DNA of 64,000 nt, from positions 151,325 to 215,324 of the forward strand of contig MU626266.1 in NCBI GenBank assembly GCA_025603075.1, read 5' to 3'. A program made the position numbers and the translations under genes. Within the stretch, counting starts at the first letter, position 1, and every line of letters starts with the position of its first letter. Positions 53,616 to 64,000 of the stretch are shown one piece after another. Under the pieces are notes generated by a model that ran no database searches, had not been told where the DNA came from, and worked only from the letters and a program-made list of their open reading frames with translations. Source of the stretch: Neoconidiobolus thromboides FSU 785 (Eukaryota > Fungi > Entomophthoromycota).

Positions 53616-55982
53616 CTAATCAAATTTTCCTTTAATAAGAACTGGCTCAGCCAATCCTTTTTCAACCGTAATACTAATTTGATTCTTTTGTAATTTATAA
53701 TCATATTCATATTGAACCAAATTAGGTCTATCAACAAAGGACTGAGGGTATTTAACGAAAGCAAATGCAGTTGAAAGTAATAAAGCTATTGAACCAAAAC
53801 TAAATAAAGAAGACCAAGGATAAGAGATTGTTGTAAACCAGGGTAATGTAAATAAAGAAATGGAGGTAAAGAAACAAGCTATTGCAAGATAATAAATGAA
53901 ATTAAATGAGTTCTCAAAGGGAGATGGTAGGTTTTGTGATGGTATATATTTATGTAAAAATAAATCTAAACCATCTTGACGTTGACCATCTAAATAATTA
54001 TTTTTTATATATCTTACAATTGAATTTCTTAAATCTTGTAAAGCTCCAATTTTAGTTCGATTTCCTGTACGAGTAAAATCGGTTTTTAATGCTCCAGTAC
54101 CAGAATAAACAATGGAAATGGCATTGGCATGATCTGCCCATAAATTACGATAAATATAATTAAATTGTTCATTATAATTTTCAATTTGTTGGAAGATTCC
54201 TAAGGTTTGTAATTGCTGAGTTAATACAGTTTTGGCTAAAATAGATTGAACCACATTAGTTCGATCTAAACAATCCATGCAATTGGTACGCATAATGCCA
54301 ATCTGTTGTTTTATTACATTTTTATCAGTAAAATCATATTGAAAGAAACTAGTTAAAGATTATTATTATTATTATTATTATTATTAAAATTCAATTTTAC
54401 CCTTGTTTTTCTAAATTAGGCAATAATTGTTCAATTAATAAACTAATACGATCCCAACGCATTTTAGCACATTCTTTATGAAAATCAAATGGCATATGAA
54501 TTACTTTTGGATGATTTAAATTTTTTAATTGTAAACTTAATTCTTCAAATATAGGTAACTCATATCCTTTTTGATTAATTAAATTAATTACTACTACTTC
54601 TCCGTTATTATAATCTGAAATCATCTTATTAAAATGTTGTTTCATTACTTGAGGCTAAGAATATTAAAATTGTTATTGAATATATTATTATTATTATAGT
54701 ATATTATATAAAGTTAAACTTACAGTTTCACTTTTTTTATCAATGACTAACTTAGGTGTATATTTAGTATTAGTAACTTGAGCCCAAAATAATGGAATAG
54801 AACCACGTGTTTGTAAATAACTTAAAACTTGTAAATGATTATTAGAGTCTTTAACTTCAATAATTTGTTCACTTTCAACAAAATTAGATACATTGCCTTC
54901 ATTATCTATACCACGTGAAAAATAACGAGTACCTTCAAGAAATTGTTATTAATTTATTTTGATTAAAGAGAAGGGATAGATTAACTTACCTACACGTTGC
55001 CATGAACGTCGAGATATTAAATTATAACTCAGATTTTGATTTTCTATTGAGACTTGGTTTAATGATACAACTAAATGATTTATTAATATATTTAACAGTA
55101 ATTATAAAATAGTATATATTACATCCTGATACTACTGGAATTAAAAAGGGAGTAAACTAAATAAAGATTAGATATTTATATTAATCAATAGAATTATATT
55201 TTAACACTTACATCTTGTAAAGGATCCTCTTTAGTAACTTCCATAAAAGGAGCTAAATGTAAATAGTTCCAACAAAACATGGGATTGAACTGAAAAAAAC
55301 CAAAAGTCGTTATTAATTATTTTATCATTCAAATAATAACTAATAAAACTTACATTTTTGAATTGAACCCCTTGAACATTCTCCTTTAATAATGTTTGAA
55401 AATTATTACTTAAATCTAATTTTTTAGAAAAATAAAAATTTTCTCTTCTAATTGTTTGTTTCAACAATTTGAAATATTTTTCTTCATCAGTTGCTTGTTC
55501 TAAGGTTAAATAACAATGATTTCTAGCCATTGGAAATAATTCACTCTCAGTGATTTGATAGATACTTTCTCCTAATATAGTACCCTTTTCCTCTACTGAG
55601 GTAATGAGCATAATGACATCGCCTAGAAGAGTAGAGTTAGTATGAGGGTGAAGAAAAGTTGAGAGATTATTGAGTTACCTGATAATAAACGTTGGATACC
55701 TAACAATCCATGTACAGGTATCTCTTCAGGCGCAGTATTGAAGTGGGGTAACTTATCTATAGTTTTTTTAGTTTTTTTAGTTTTTTTGTTTAGATTAATA
55801 ATATGACTTACCACTTAATTCAATAGAACCAGCATCACGATAAAAGATAATGACTAAGTCTTCATTAACTTTTTTTAAAGCATATTTATCAGTTTGTTTA
55901 TAACTAAAGTAAAAATAAAGTTGGTTTGATACATATAATAAATATTTTATATAACTTACAAAATATATTCTGGTTGAGTCAT
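53616..55982 (-). CDS. SAC1: SAC-domain phosphoinositide phosphatase with C-terminal TM hairpin, multi-exon
   Basis: RTNCMDCLDRTNVVQS catalytic CX5R motif, YSGTGALKTDFTRTG, HMPFDFHKEC, QTRGSIPLFW; ATG at 55982. Confidence 0.93.
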
Positions 55983-57319
55983 TGTTTTTAAAATTAAACT
56001 TTTTTTAATAGTGACAATTGTAAACTAAATTTTATATGAAATTTGTAATAAAAACGAATTTCATGTTTTCAAATGTTCTAGTTGTAATTAAATTGAAATT
56101 TATTAAACCTTTATTTTTAGATTCAAGATTTCATTGGTGAATAATTTCAATTTTAATTCATCGTGCGTTTTCTTATTCCTTCTTATTGGATTTAATTATT
56201 CATTAGAGTGTTCAGTTGTTAGAAACTATTAACATTTTATAAAAATCAAAGATTATTATGTTTTTATGAGAGGGTAATATATAAACTAAAAACATTAGTT
56301 ATAAAAAACAAATTGACTACACTAAGTTCAATTACTTATGGAGCTTAATAATTATCTAAGCTTTGAAGCTAATTAAATTTTTTTGTTAATATACAATGCC
56401 TTTATAGCAAAACTCTCTTAGATAAAATCATAGCTTGCTCCAAGCTAAAGCTGAAGTCTAAAAATTCAATCTTTGTCCAAAAGTCATTTAATTAAAATCT
56501 AATTTGTGTAAATAGTTAACATTTAATTTTTTAGCATTATTAGTAAAAAGTTTAAATGTAAATAGTAAAAAAATAAAGTTAAAGAAAATTAAACTTAAAC
56601 TTAAAAATCCTAATAAGCAAAAAAAGCTTAAAATTGAAATTAAAGTTTAAGTAACTAAAAATATTAAATATTAGTATTAATCCAAAATGCTTGTCTATCT
56701 TCAAATTATACGTAAAATATTGCTTTATCAGCTTTATAGTTGATTATAATATAATGACCACTTAAATTATTTATAAAACTGATTATAGTTTTATAGTTGA
56801 ATTATAATTCATATAGTAAATTTAATTGACTTTAAGTGATTTTTCCACTGAAAGTTATCATGTTTTTGAATTTAAGTATGATTAATTTAAGGTTTCTTAT
56901 TTAGATTTGTTATAAGAAATGGTGTTTTGATATTTTAGTGCCTATAGTTAACAATTATAATAAAAAATAACCGTTATTATGCTTTTTTATATAGCTACTT
57001 AATTGATATTTATATAATTTCTTAATATTTATTCAATTAGTATAAATACTGCTTAATATTCTAATTTATTTATATAAAAATATTAATTAATAAATTGACT
57101 TAATTTAATTTTAATTTGTTAGTTAGTTTACTATTTTATTCTTAATTCTAAAAATGCTATAATATAAATCAGTGTTATTAAATTTAAAATTTAAAATTAC
57201 TTTTTTGCTTTCTATTATTATTATAAAACTTATGAAATTAATCATTTTGTCTTATTTATACAAATTTGATATGAAACAATAATATTTTTATCATTTTAGT
57301 TTTAAGGATTTTGATAACT

Positions 57320-57425
57320 ATTTAGGGCTGTTTTCTTTGGTTTCATTACTTTTTCCATTTTTCAAGCACTATTTGAGAGGAAAGATTGTAGTAGAATTCT
57401 TAAACACAAAAATATGTCCCCATAT
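57320..57425 (-). mobile_element. MITE family 1 copy
   Basis: ATTT|AGGGCTGT...ATGTCCCC|ATAT. Confidence 0.85.
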
Positions 57426-57914
57426 CTAGAATCAACTTTATTGCATTTGAAAAAAAACGAAGCTGACCCCAACAACCCAAAAAAGGTTTACATCATATTA
57501 CATGATGGCTTTTACGCTCAAGTAGTCATTTATAAATTTCCTTCTGTAGATAGAAAAACAAGTTACAAAAGGAAGTCTGAAGACGAAGGAGTCACTAAAG
57601 TGAATGTCAAAGCAGAAACATTGAATGATGAAGAATTGGTACTGTTTATGGCCTCTGAAAGGAGATTTTAAGAACGGAAGTAATATGTGAAACTAGAGAT
57701 TTATACTTTATAAGAGAGAAAAAGCCTACCGCAAAAGTACCTAGAGGTTTACCTAGAGGTTTAAAGCGTAAAATGAATGATGATATTGTAATTTCTAATG
57801 CTTTTAAGGAAGCCAAGGTAGAATAATTAAAGGTTGAATTTTTGACTGTAAATTTTAAATATTCTTGGTGTTATTGATTACTGCAATATTGTTTGTTTAT
57901 ATATTATTAAAATG
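57426..57914 (+). pseudogene. Partial paralogous copy of the C-terminal part of the La/LARP7-type gene at 59072-60294
   Basis: DNA and protein align with 59955-60416 (SVDRKTSYKRKSED vs SVDRKVNYKRKPED; both 3' ends read TATTAAAATGATATG); frameshifted; no 5' part seen. Confidence 0.75.
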
Positions 57915-58021
57915 ATATGGGGATGTATTTTTGTGTTTAAGAATTTTGCTAACAACTTTTCCACTCAAATAGCGCTTAAAAAATGGAAATAATAAAGTTA
58001 AAAAAACACCCTCCTCCCATT
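57915..58021 (+). mobile_element. MITE family 1 copy
   Basis: ATAT|GGGGATGT...; paralogous empty site AATGATATGCTA at 60409-60420. Confidence 0.88.
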
Positions 58022-59071
58022 GTTTAAACTATGTAACAATAAAATTTATTTTTTTAAACATCTCACCTCTTTCGAAAAAGAAGAAATTTCAGCATGTAAG
58101 GTAGATAGTAGAACTTAGTATATAGTTGCAAAAATTCAAATTTAAATTTAACAAATATTTTTTCATTAGAAAAATTAACCATGTATAAAGCAGTACTAAA
58201 TAGTAATGGAAAATTAACAGCAGAAGCAGTTTATATTGAAGATTTCATACTTAAATCTCTATATTTTTATGTTTTGGTTTTGTTTAAGTTATCTCGTAAG
58301 TAGAGCGATGTTTGTGAATGATTGAAATGAAGTTTATTTATTTCAAGCTGTAAAATAAACTTACAGCATCCGACCACCTGTTGTAGTTTTGTTAGTAACC
58401 CTATTTACAATTATTTCAACAATCTGTATTTTTTATCAAGCTACATTTATTCTTGTATTTGCTATAATGTTCATGTTTCTATGCAGTTTTATTTTATGAA
58501 GTTTGTGTAAGCTCTGTGTAACTATTCAATTGACAGTTTGTTATCTTTTCTAATGTTAGAAATTTTTTTGATTGTTAAGGGCAGTAGATGATTATTAAGC
58601 AAAATGAGCTTATAATACCTGAGTTTTGTACTAAAAAAGAATCAATATTAAAGACGATATGAATTTGGACCCTCTTTAATATCTGACAAATGTTTCTTGT
58701 AATATAAACCTAATTATCATATCAAAATCCTTTTTTTAAGCTATAAGAGTTTGAAAGTCACAGGTCAAAATGCTTTTTTCAACATTTTACTAGTAATTTT
58801 TCTCAATTTTACATAGGATGAGAAATAGAAAAACATTTTCGGATATTTTATGACTCTATTTAAAGCAAGTGAGGAAATTATAAATTTAGTCAAGCCTTAA
58901 ATTTCTCTAGAGTGACGCTTCTTTGAGCTTGGAAGAAAATTTTGGATGAAATTATGGGTCATAAGTATAAATATTGGTGATATTGAATTAAGATCATTTG
59001 CACATGTGAACTTTATCTTCTAATCAGTTATATTCTCTTGAGATATTGAGCTTATAATAAATTTGTAATAA

Positions 59072-60294
59072 ATGATTAGAGCGTAAGGTAAATCCGCTGT
59101 TCAAACCACAGTTCAAGAATTAAGTGAGCAAGAGCTAGCTAAACTAAGAAGGGCTGTTGTTAAACAGTTCGACTATTATTTTTCAAAGTACAACTTATCG
59201 AGAGACAGTTATTTAAAGAACCTTCTAGCAAAAAGTCCTGACTATAAAGTGGAAGTTGATGAAGTTTTAACCCTCCGAAAGTTTGAGAAGTATCAATCAT
59301 AAAGGTTTAATATTGGAAGTGTTAAAGGATTCTAGGGCACTTGAAGTAAAGGATGGGAAAGTTGGACTAGTAACTAATTTCAACTTAAATTTCAACTTGA
59401 AAGAGATTGTAGATCATAATGCTTACTTCAATTTTGATAAAAAGAAATGTTCAGACTTAGGAGAAAATATTTGTGAGTTTACTAAAGAAAAATTAAGAAA
59501 GCATGGTTAAATAACGAAGATACTACTCGAGAGGAGTAGGTTGTAAAAGTTCATTTGCATACATATTATGACAAAGAAGCTAATACAAGAGGGTTTAAAG
59601 TAGCTTTTTATTTATTTCCTCAACTCATTAATATTATATTTGGGGCTCTGTTTTCGTTAAATTTACTGAATGCAAGCATGCCAATAAGTTCTTTGAGCAT
59701 TATAAACAAAAAGACTTTAAACTCAAAGGTAAAAAGCTACAGTTATTAACTCAGTAAGGATTTTTTAAATTTCATATAATAACAAACCAATAAGTATAGT
59801 AACCAGTATGAATTAAAAACAGGAAGTTAAGCAGCTGTGAGAATTTTGAAACATGGTCAAAAGACGCTTTGGAAAGAAAAAATATCTTCAAAATTACCGG
59901 AGTCATCGGTACTGTTGATATCATATCCTTTATTACACTTTCTAAAGAGTCTATGTCTGTAATCAACTATATTACATTTGATAAAAACGAACTCAATTAT
60001 GATAATCCAAAAAACATTTATACCATTTTATATGGCGGCTTTGACACTGAATTAGCTATTCAGAATTTCAATTCTGTAGATAGAAAAGTGAATTACAAAA
60101 GAAAGCCCGAAGACAAAGAAACTATTAAAGTAAACCCTAAAGCAGATCAATTAAGTTAGGACGAACTAGATCTTGTTTATTCTCCCCGAGATGAATTATT
60201 GGAATTAAAAATAGTATGCGAGGTCAAAGAATTATACTTTAACAATAAGAAACGTGACATAGAATCTGAAGGTTTAAAGCATGGAAAGTGGTAA
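59072..60294 (+). pseudogene. La/LARP7-family RNA-binding protein pseudogene (La motif + RRM1 + probable divergent RRM2/xRRM)
   Basis: VVKQFDYYFSKYNLSRDSYLKNLL...EVLTLRK, LILEVLKDSRALEVKDGKV (La motif); across a 44-nt intron, RGFK/GSVFVKFTECKHANKF (La RRM1 RNP1). Lesions: TAA 59084, frameshifts near 59283 and 59498, TAG 59537, GG instead of AG acceptor at 59642-43, TAG 60157. Confidence 0.85.
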
Positions 60295-60680
60295 AATTCT
60301 AAAGCTTAAAGCTTTTAGGGAAGCTAAGGTCAAATTATTGTCCATAAATTTTAAGTATCCTTGGTACCTATTGATTGTTGTGGTATTACTTATTTATACA
60401 CTATTAAAATGATATGCTATTTATTTAAGATACGGCATCTTTTATTTTTTTGAATTTTTAAGCTCAAAATTAGAACAAATTGCTAATTAAGTAATGATCA
60501 AAAAAACGGATTAGACATTGGTCATTCAGGTATAGAAACTTATTTGCGATTTTGTGCCAAAGAAAGTTTTTGAAAAAGATTAACAGGATCAAAATTTTTG
60601 CTTAATTAGACTAAGTTTGATGATTTAACTCGTCAAAATTACTTTGGTAAACAAAAATTGTCATAGGTCAAGGATCATTT

Positions 60681-60962
60681 ATGCTTAAGTGCTTAAACCA
60701 CACATTTCTTTCAATATCCAATGTTGAATATACCACGACTGAAGCCATGGTATTTAATAAAAATAAAAACGAGCTATATTATCATTTATTACAAAAAGGA
60801 CTACTATACTACCAACTTTTACTTATCATATTGTTAATTGTCATATTCATAGCCATAGAAACCATCCTATACTTCTTAACTAAGTCATTGGTATTAGTAT
60901 ACATTGTTGTAGCTTCTATCGTTGCCCTTGTATTTGGAGGACATAGGGATTTGAAGGTTTGA
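60681..60962 (+). pseudogene. Truncated paralog of the 2-TM orphan gene at 62088
   Basis: TTTEAMVFNKNKNE...IFIAIETILYFLTKS aligns with SITEIMLFGTDKNK...IFIAIGIILYFFAKS; no equivalent of the paralog's second exon seen. Confidence 0.55.
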
Positions 60963-61370
60963 GAATTAACTATATTGTTAAAAGTCGAACTAATATTCAT
61001 ATATTCCTGCTAATTCCATCAAAATTTATAAAAAAATCCGAAATATAGATACTTTTATCAAAAAAACAAAAATGTGATTGTCAAATTCCTTTCTAACTCA
61101 ACAAAAAATAGAACCTTTACTGGTTTAAATATATGCTCTATAGAGTGCAGAGTATTTTAATTCAAGAATACTGTCCCAGCTTGGTACTTGTACAGTTAAA
61201 TAGTAGGGGAATATATGTTTCCATTGCTTAGATAAAATAATTCTTTATCAAAAAGGATTTCATATGAGTGCTATAATACTCTAACCTAACATTACTTTTT
61301 TTACTACCAAATGCGGTACTTAAAAAGACTTTTAATTTAGAATACTGCTATTTTACTTTAAATTACGAAT

Positions 61371-61473
61371 ATATGAGGACGTTTTTTTGGTTTCATTGCT
61401 TTTTCCATTTTTGAGCCTTATTTGAGCGGAAAATTTATTAGCAAAATTCTTGAAAAAAAATAGATCCCTATAT
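61371..61473 (-). mobile_element. MITE family 1 copy
   Basis: ATAT|GAGGACGT...AGATCCCT|ATAT. Confidence 0.85.
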
Positions 61474-61546
61474 TATAGAAACTAGTGGAAAGTACTTTTC
61501 TAAATAAGGTAACCAAACATAATATTTAAATACATAACTAAATATT

Positions 61547-61596
61547 AGGTCAAACATTAGGTCAAACATTAAGTCAAACATTAAGTCAAACATTAA
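61547..61596. repeat. 12-bp tandem repeat (ARGTCAAACATT) x4
   Basis: aggtcaaacatt aggtcaaacatt aagtcaaacatt aagtcaaacatt aa. Confidence 0.9.
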
Positions 61597-62087
61597 TCTC
61601 ATTTAATATTTATTTTATTTTTATCCTTATTCAATAATTAAATATTATGCTTAAATTCTCCGAATTCTGAATTTTAAAAAAATTACTTGTACATATATAG
61701 TTACTCTATGGGATTTTATTTAATTTATGCCAACTCTTCTTTTACAACATAGCTTAGGTTTTTGTTATTTAATTTAATTTATATTTTTCAATATATATTT
61801 TATAAATGTATTTTAAATTTTCAAAGCTATGTAAATAGTATTAAAATAACGTTTGCAAGTTCTATAATTTTTAATTAAAATAAATCAAGTAAACCGTATA
61901 TCAAAAGCAAACTAACTTAATTTAAACTGTACAATTATCATAAGTTACATTTAGCTATAATGAAATAAATGTAATTATCCATATTAATTCTTTAAAATTA
62001 AATAAATTTTAAGGGATAAAAGGTATATATTGAAAAAAGTTCTAAAAAATCCTAAATAAAAGTTTAGCTTTATTGGGAACTATTATA

Positions 62088-62670
62088 ATGTATCTCAATC
62101 AACCAACATTGACAAAAAGCTCTTATGTTAAAGACATCCAACTTAAATCGCACTATTTATTCGATCTAAATATACAACATAGTATCACCGAAATAATGTT
62201 GTTCGGAACCGATAAAAATAAATCACAGTTGCCTTCAATCGTGAAAAAAACCTACAGTTATCGGATTGCACTCATAGCTTTATTAAGTATAATATTCATA
62301 GCTATAGGAATTATCCTCTATTTTTTTGCAAAATCTTCTCTATTAGTATATGCTGTTTTGACTTCTCTTGTTATCTTTTTACTTTTAGCTCATGAGATCT
62401 ACGTAAGCTATGATCTATTTTATAATTGATGTTTAATTAAATTTATTTTAGGGTTACATTCATTTTATGAAAAGCGTCAAAAATACAGATACTTACATTA
62501 AAAGAAACAAAAATGCAGTAGCTAGATTTCGTATAATTGAACAAAGGGATAGAGCTATTATTCCCCTAAATCCAAATGCTCCTCAAGGCTTACATGAAGA
62601 CCATAGCGCTTATACTAACCCAAAGTGGTACCATATTCCTCAAATGATTGACCCTAGCTATTTGAATTAA
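62088..62670 (+). CDS. Hypothetical ~178-aa protein with a two-helix TM hairpin; exons 62088-62402 and 62452-62670
   Basis: GTAAGC...TTTAG intron (62403-62451) joins track ORFs 62073-62429 and 62467-62670 in frame (HEIY/GYIHFMKSVK). Confidence 0.7.
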
Positions 62671-62723
62671 ATTTTTATTGTTTTTAATTATTATAAATTG
62701 GAAGTTGGAAGATTTTGTTCAAT

Positions 62724-62828
62724 ATACGGGGATGTTTTTTTTGGTTTCATCACTTTTTCCATTTTTTAAGCGCCATTTGAGCGGAAAGACTGCCAGTAAA
62801 ATTCTTGTATAAAAATACATCTCCATAT
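62724..62828 (-). mobile_element. MITE family 1 copy (left half of inverted dimer)
   Basis: ATAC|GGGGATGT...ACATCTCC|ATAT. Confidence 0.88.
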
Positions 62829-62929
62829 GTGGATGTATTTTTATATTTAAGAGTTTTACTAACAATTTTTCTACTCAAATAGCGCTTAAAAGATGGAAAA
62901 AGTAATGAAGCTAAAAAACATCTCCATAT
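62825..62929 (+). mobile_element. MITE family 1 copy (right half of inverted dimer)
   Basis: ATAT|GTGGATGT...ACATCTCC|ATAT; shares its left ATAT with the previous copy. Confidence 0.88.
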
Positions 62930-63197
62930 AGTTATCCCAAAATTTTCACCTATAGGCCAAAAATATTTGTAAACAAAGCATTTAGAAAGTTTTTTATAAT
63001 AGTGGTTGTATTTGTTATTAATTGTCAAATTTTTAAATAAGCATTTTTCTACCATTTTATGGTGTATTTATAGATACCTATTTTCTTTAATAATGTGATT
63101 TTACTTTTTTTATTTTGTTGTATTTAATATTTTACTATTATTAGTTTAATGCCACATAAATCACATAAAATAGCTTAATAAAATCCATTAAAAAAAC

Positions 63198-63300
63198 ATA
63201 TAAGATGTTTTTTTTGGCCTCACTTTCCCCATCTTTTAAGCGCTATTTGAATGCAAAAAATGTTAGTAAAATCCTTAAACGCAAAAATATAGTCCCATAC
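63198..63300 (-). mobile_element. MITE family 1 copy
   Basis: AAGATGTTTTT...AAGCGCTATTTGA...GTTAGTAAAATCCTT...GTCCC|ATAC. Confidence 0.8.
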
Positions 63301-63511
63301 TTTACTTCAAGTTGATATATTTCAAAGTAAGCAGCAATGATTATAAAGTTTTGATAAATTGTAGTATTGGAGAACTTCCTGGTCTACTATTTCACTATTG
63401 AGATTAATCCCCTTATCGCCATTTATTTCTATACTTAGTTCAAACGCACTATTATGACTTAATAGAAGACTTAATTATTTAATTTTAAGAAAATAATTAT
63501 CTACTCAGCTT

Positions 63512-64000
63512 ATCAGGTTAAAACACTTCAATTTCCTGTTTCTTCACTACTTTATAAAAAATGGTTTTGAATGCAAATTGAATAGTAGGATCACACAAAA
63601 AGCAACAAAATTGAGAGTCCCCAATAAGCCACCTGTTATATAAGAATATATCCGTATTTCTGGAGAGTCAAAGTCAGCAAGGTCATAAGCTGCTTGACTA
63701 AATATCAATCCAGAATGTGAGATGAGCATAAGCATTGGATAAAGTAAGCTAGAGGGTTGTTAATTTAGATATAAATAATAAGAAAAATAAGTACATTCTA
63801 GATCCCATAATCTTTATACTCCTAACAGCCTCAATGGATGCTATTGATCTGCGAAATAATATAAAGTCTCTAACAGTCCTTGTTTCTTTACTCAATTCTA
63901 TTATGACTGCAATAGTAACACCTAACAAATAAACCATACAAATTATCATTATTAAGATATTAGCATAAAAGTCAATTTTTTTAATATAATCTTCATCGTT
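63512..64000 (-). CDS. 3' part of a 7TM GPCR-like membrane protein (intron 63794-63749), carrying an apparent -1 frameshift near 63600; truncated by window end
   Basis: Splicing gives IKIMGSRILLYPMLMLISHSG...GGLLGTLNFVAF; a shifted frame continues LCDPTIQFAFKTIFYKVVKKQEIEVF. The R-x-x-LYP and N-F-x-x-F-x-x-DP spacing resembles TM6/TM7 of fungal GPCR-like proteins. Confidence 0.55.

Noticed and set aside
1-64000. Autonomous transposase, reverse transcriptase or TnpB/Fanzor ORF
   Set aside because: No DDE, RT or RuvC motifs recognised in any listed ORF or in the intergenic frames I translated; a very degraded remnant cannot be excluded without HMM searches.

Overview
Very AT-rich eukaryotic (fungal) DNA with short GT-AG introns of about 40-70 nt. 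Gene content and style suggest an early-diverging fungus, possibly Entomophthoromycotina-like (inference, not verified). Intact conserved genes: 3' end of an MFS-like gene, a forkhead transcription factor, a Myb-like/U-box-like protein, mitochondrial EF-Tu, an RPA34-like protein, cyclin H, a DHA2-type MFS transporter, 14-3-3, elongator tRNA-Met, a Nas6/gankyrin-like ankyrin protein, URA2 (CAD-like, degenerate DHOase), SGF11 and SAC1. Between these blocks lie decayed genes: an S41 peptidase pseudogene, a La/LARP7-type pseudogene plus a second partial copy, a frameshifted 7TM-like gene and duplicated 2-TM orphans. The intergenic DNA carries about 35 copies of one ~100-bp MITE (GGGGATGT...ACATCCCC). 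One copy sits in the S41 reading frame, and several copies have matching non-ATAT flanks; together these indicate a 4-bp TSD with ATAT preference (Sola-like, not TA/Tc1). A longer ~270-bp family shares the same termini, and there are also a piggyBac-type MITE and other foldback elements. No transposase, CRISPR array or rRNA was recognised. Multi-exon structures and MITE coordinates were read by eye and may be off by a few bases; MITE coordinates include the flanking TSDs and MITE strand is an arbitrary orientation label.
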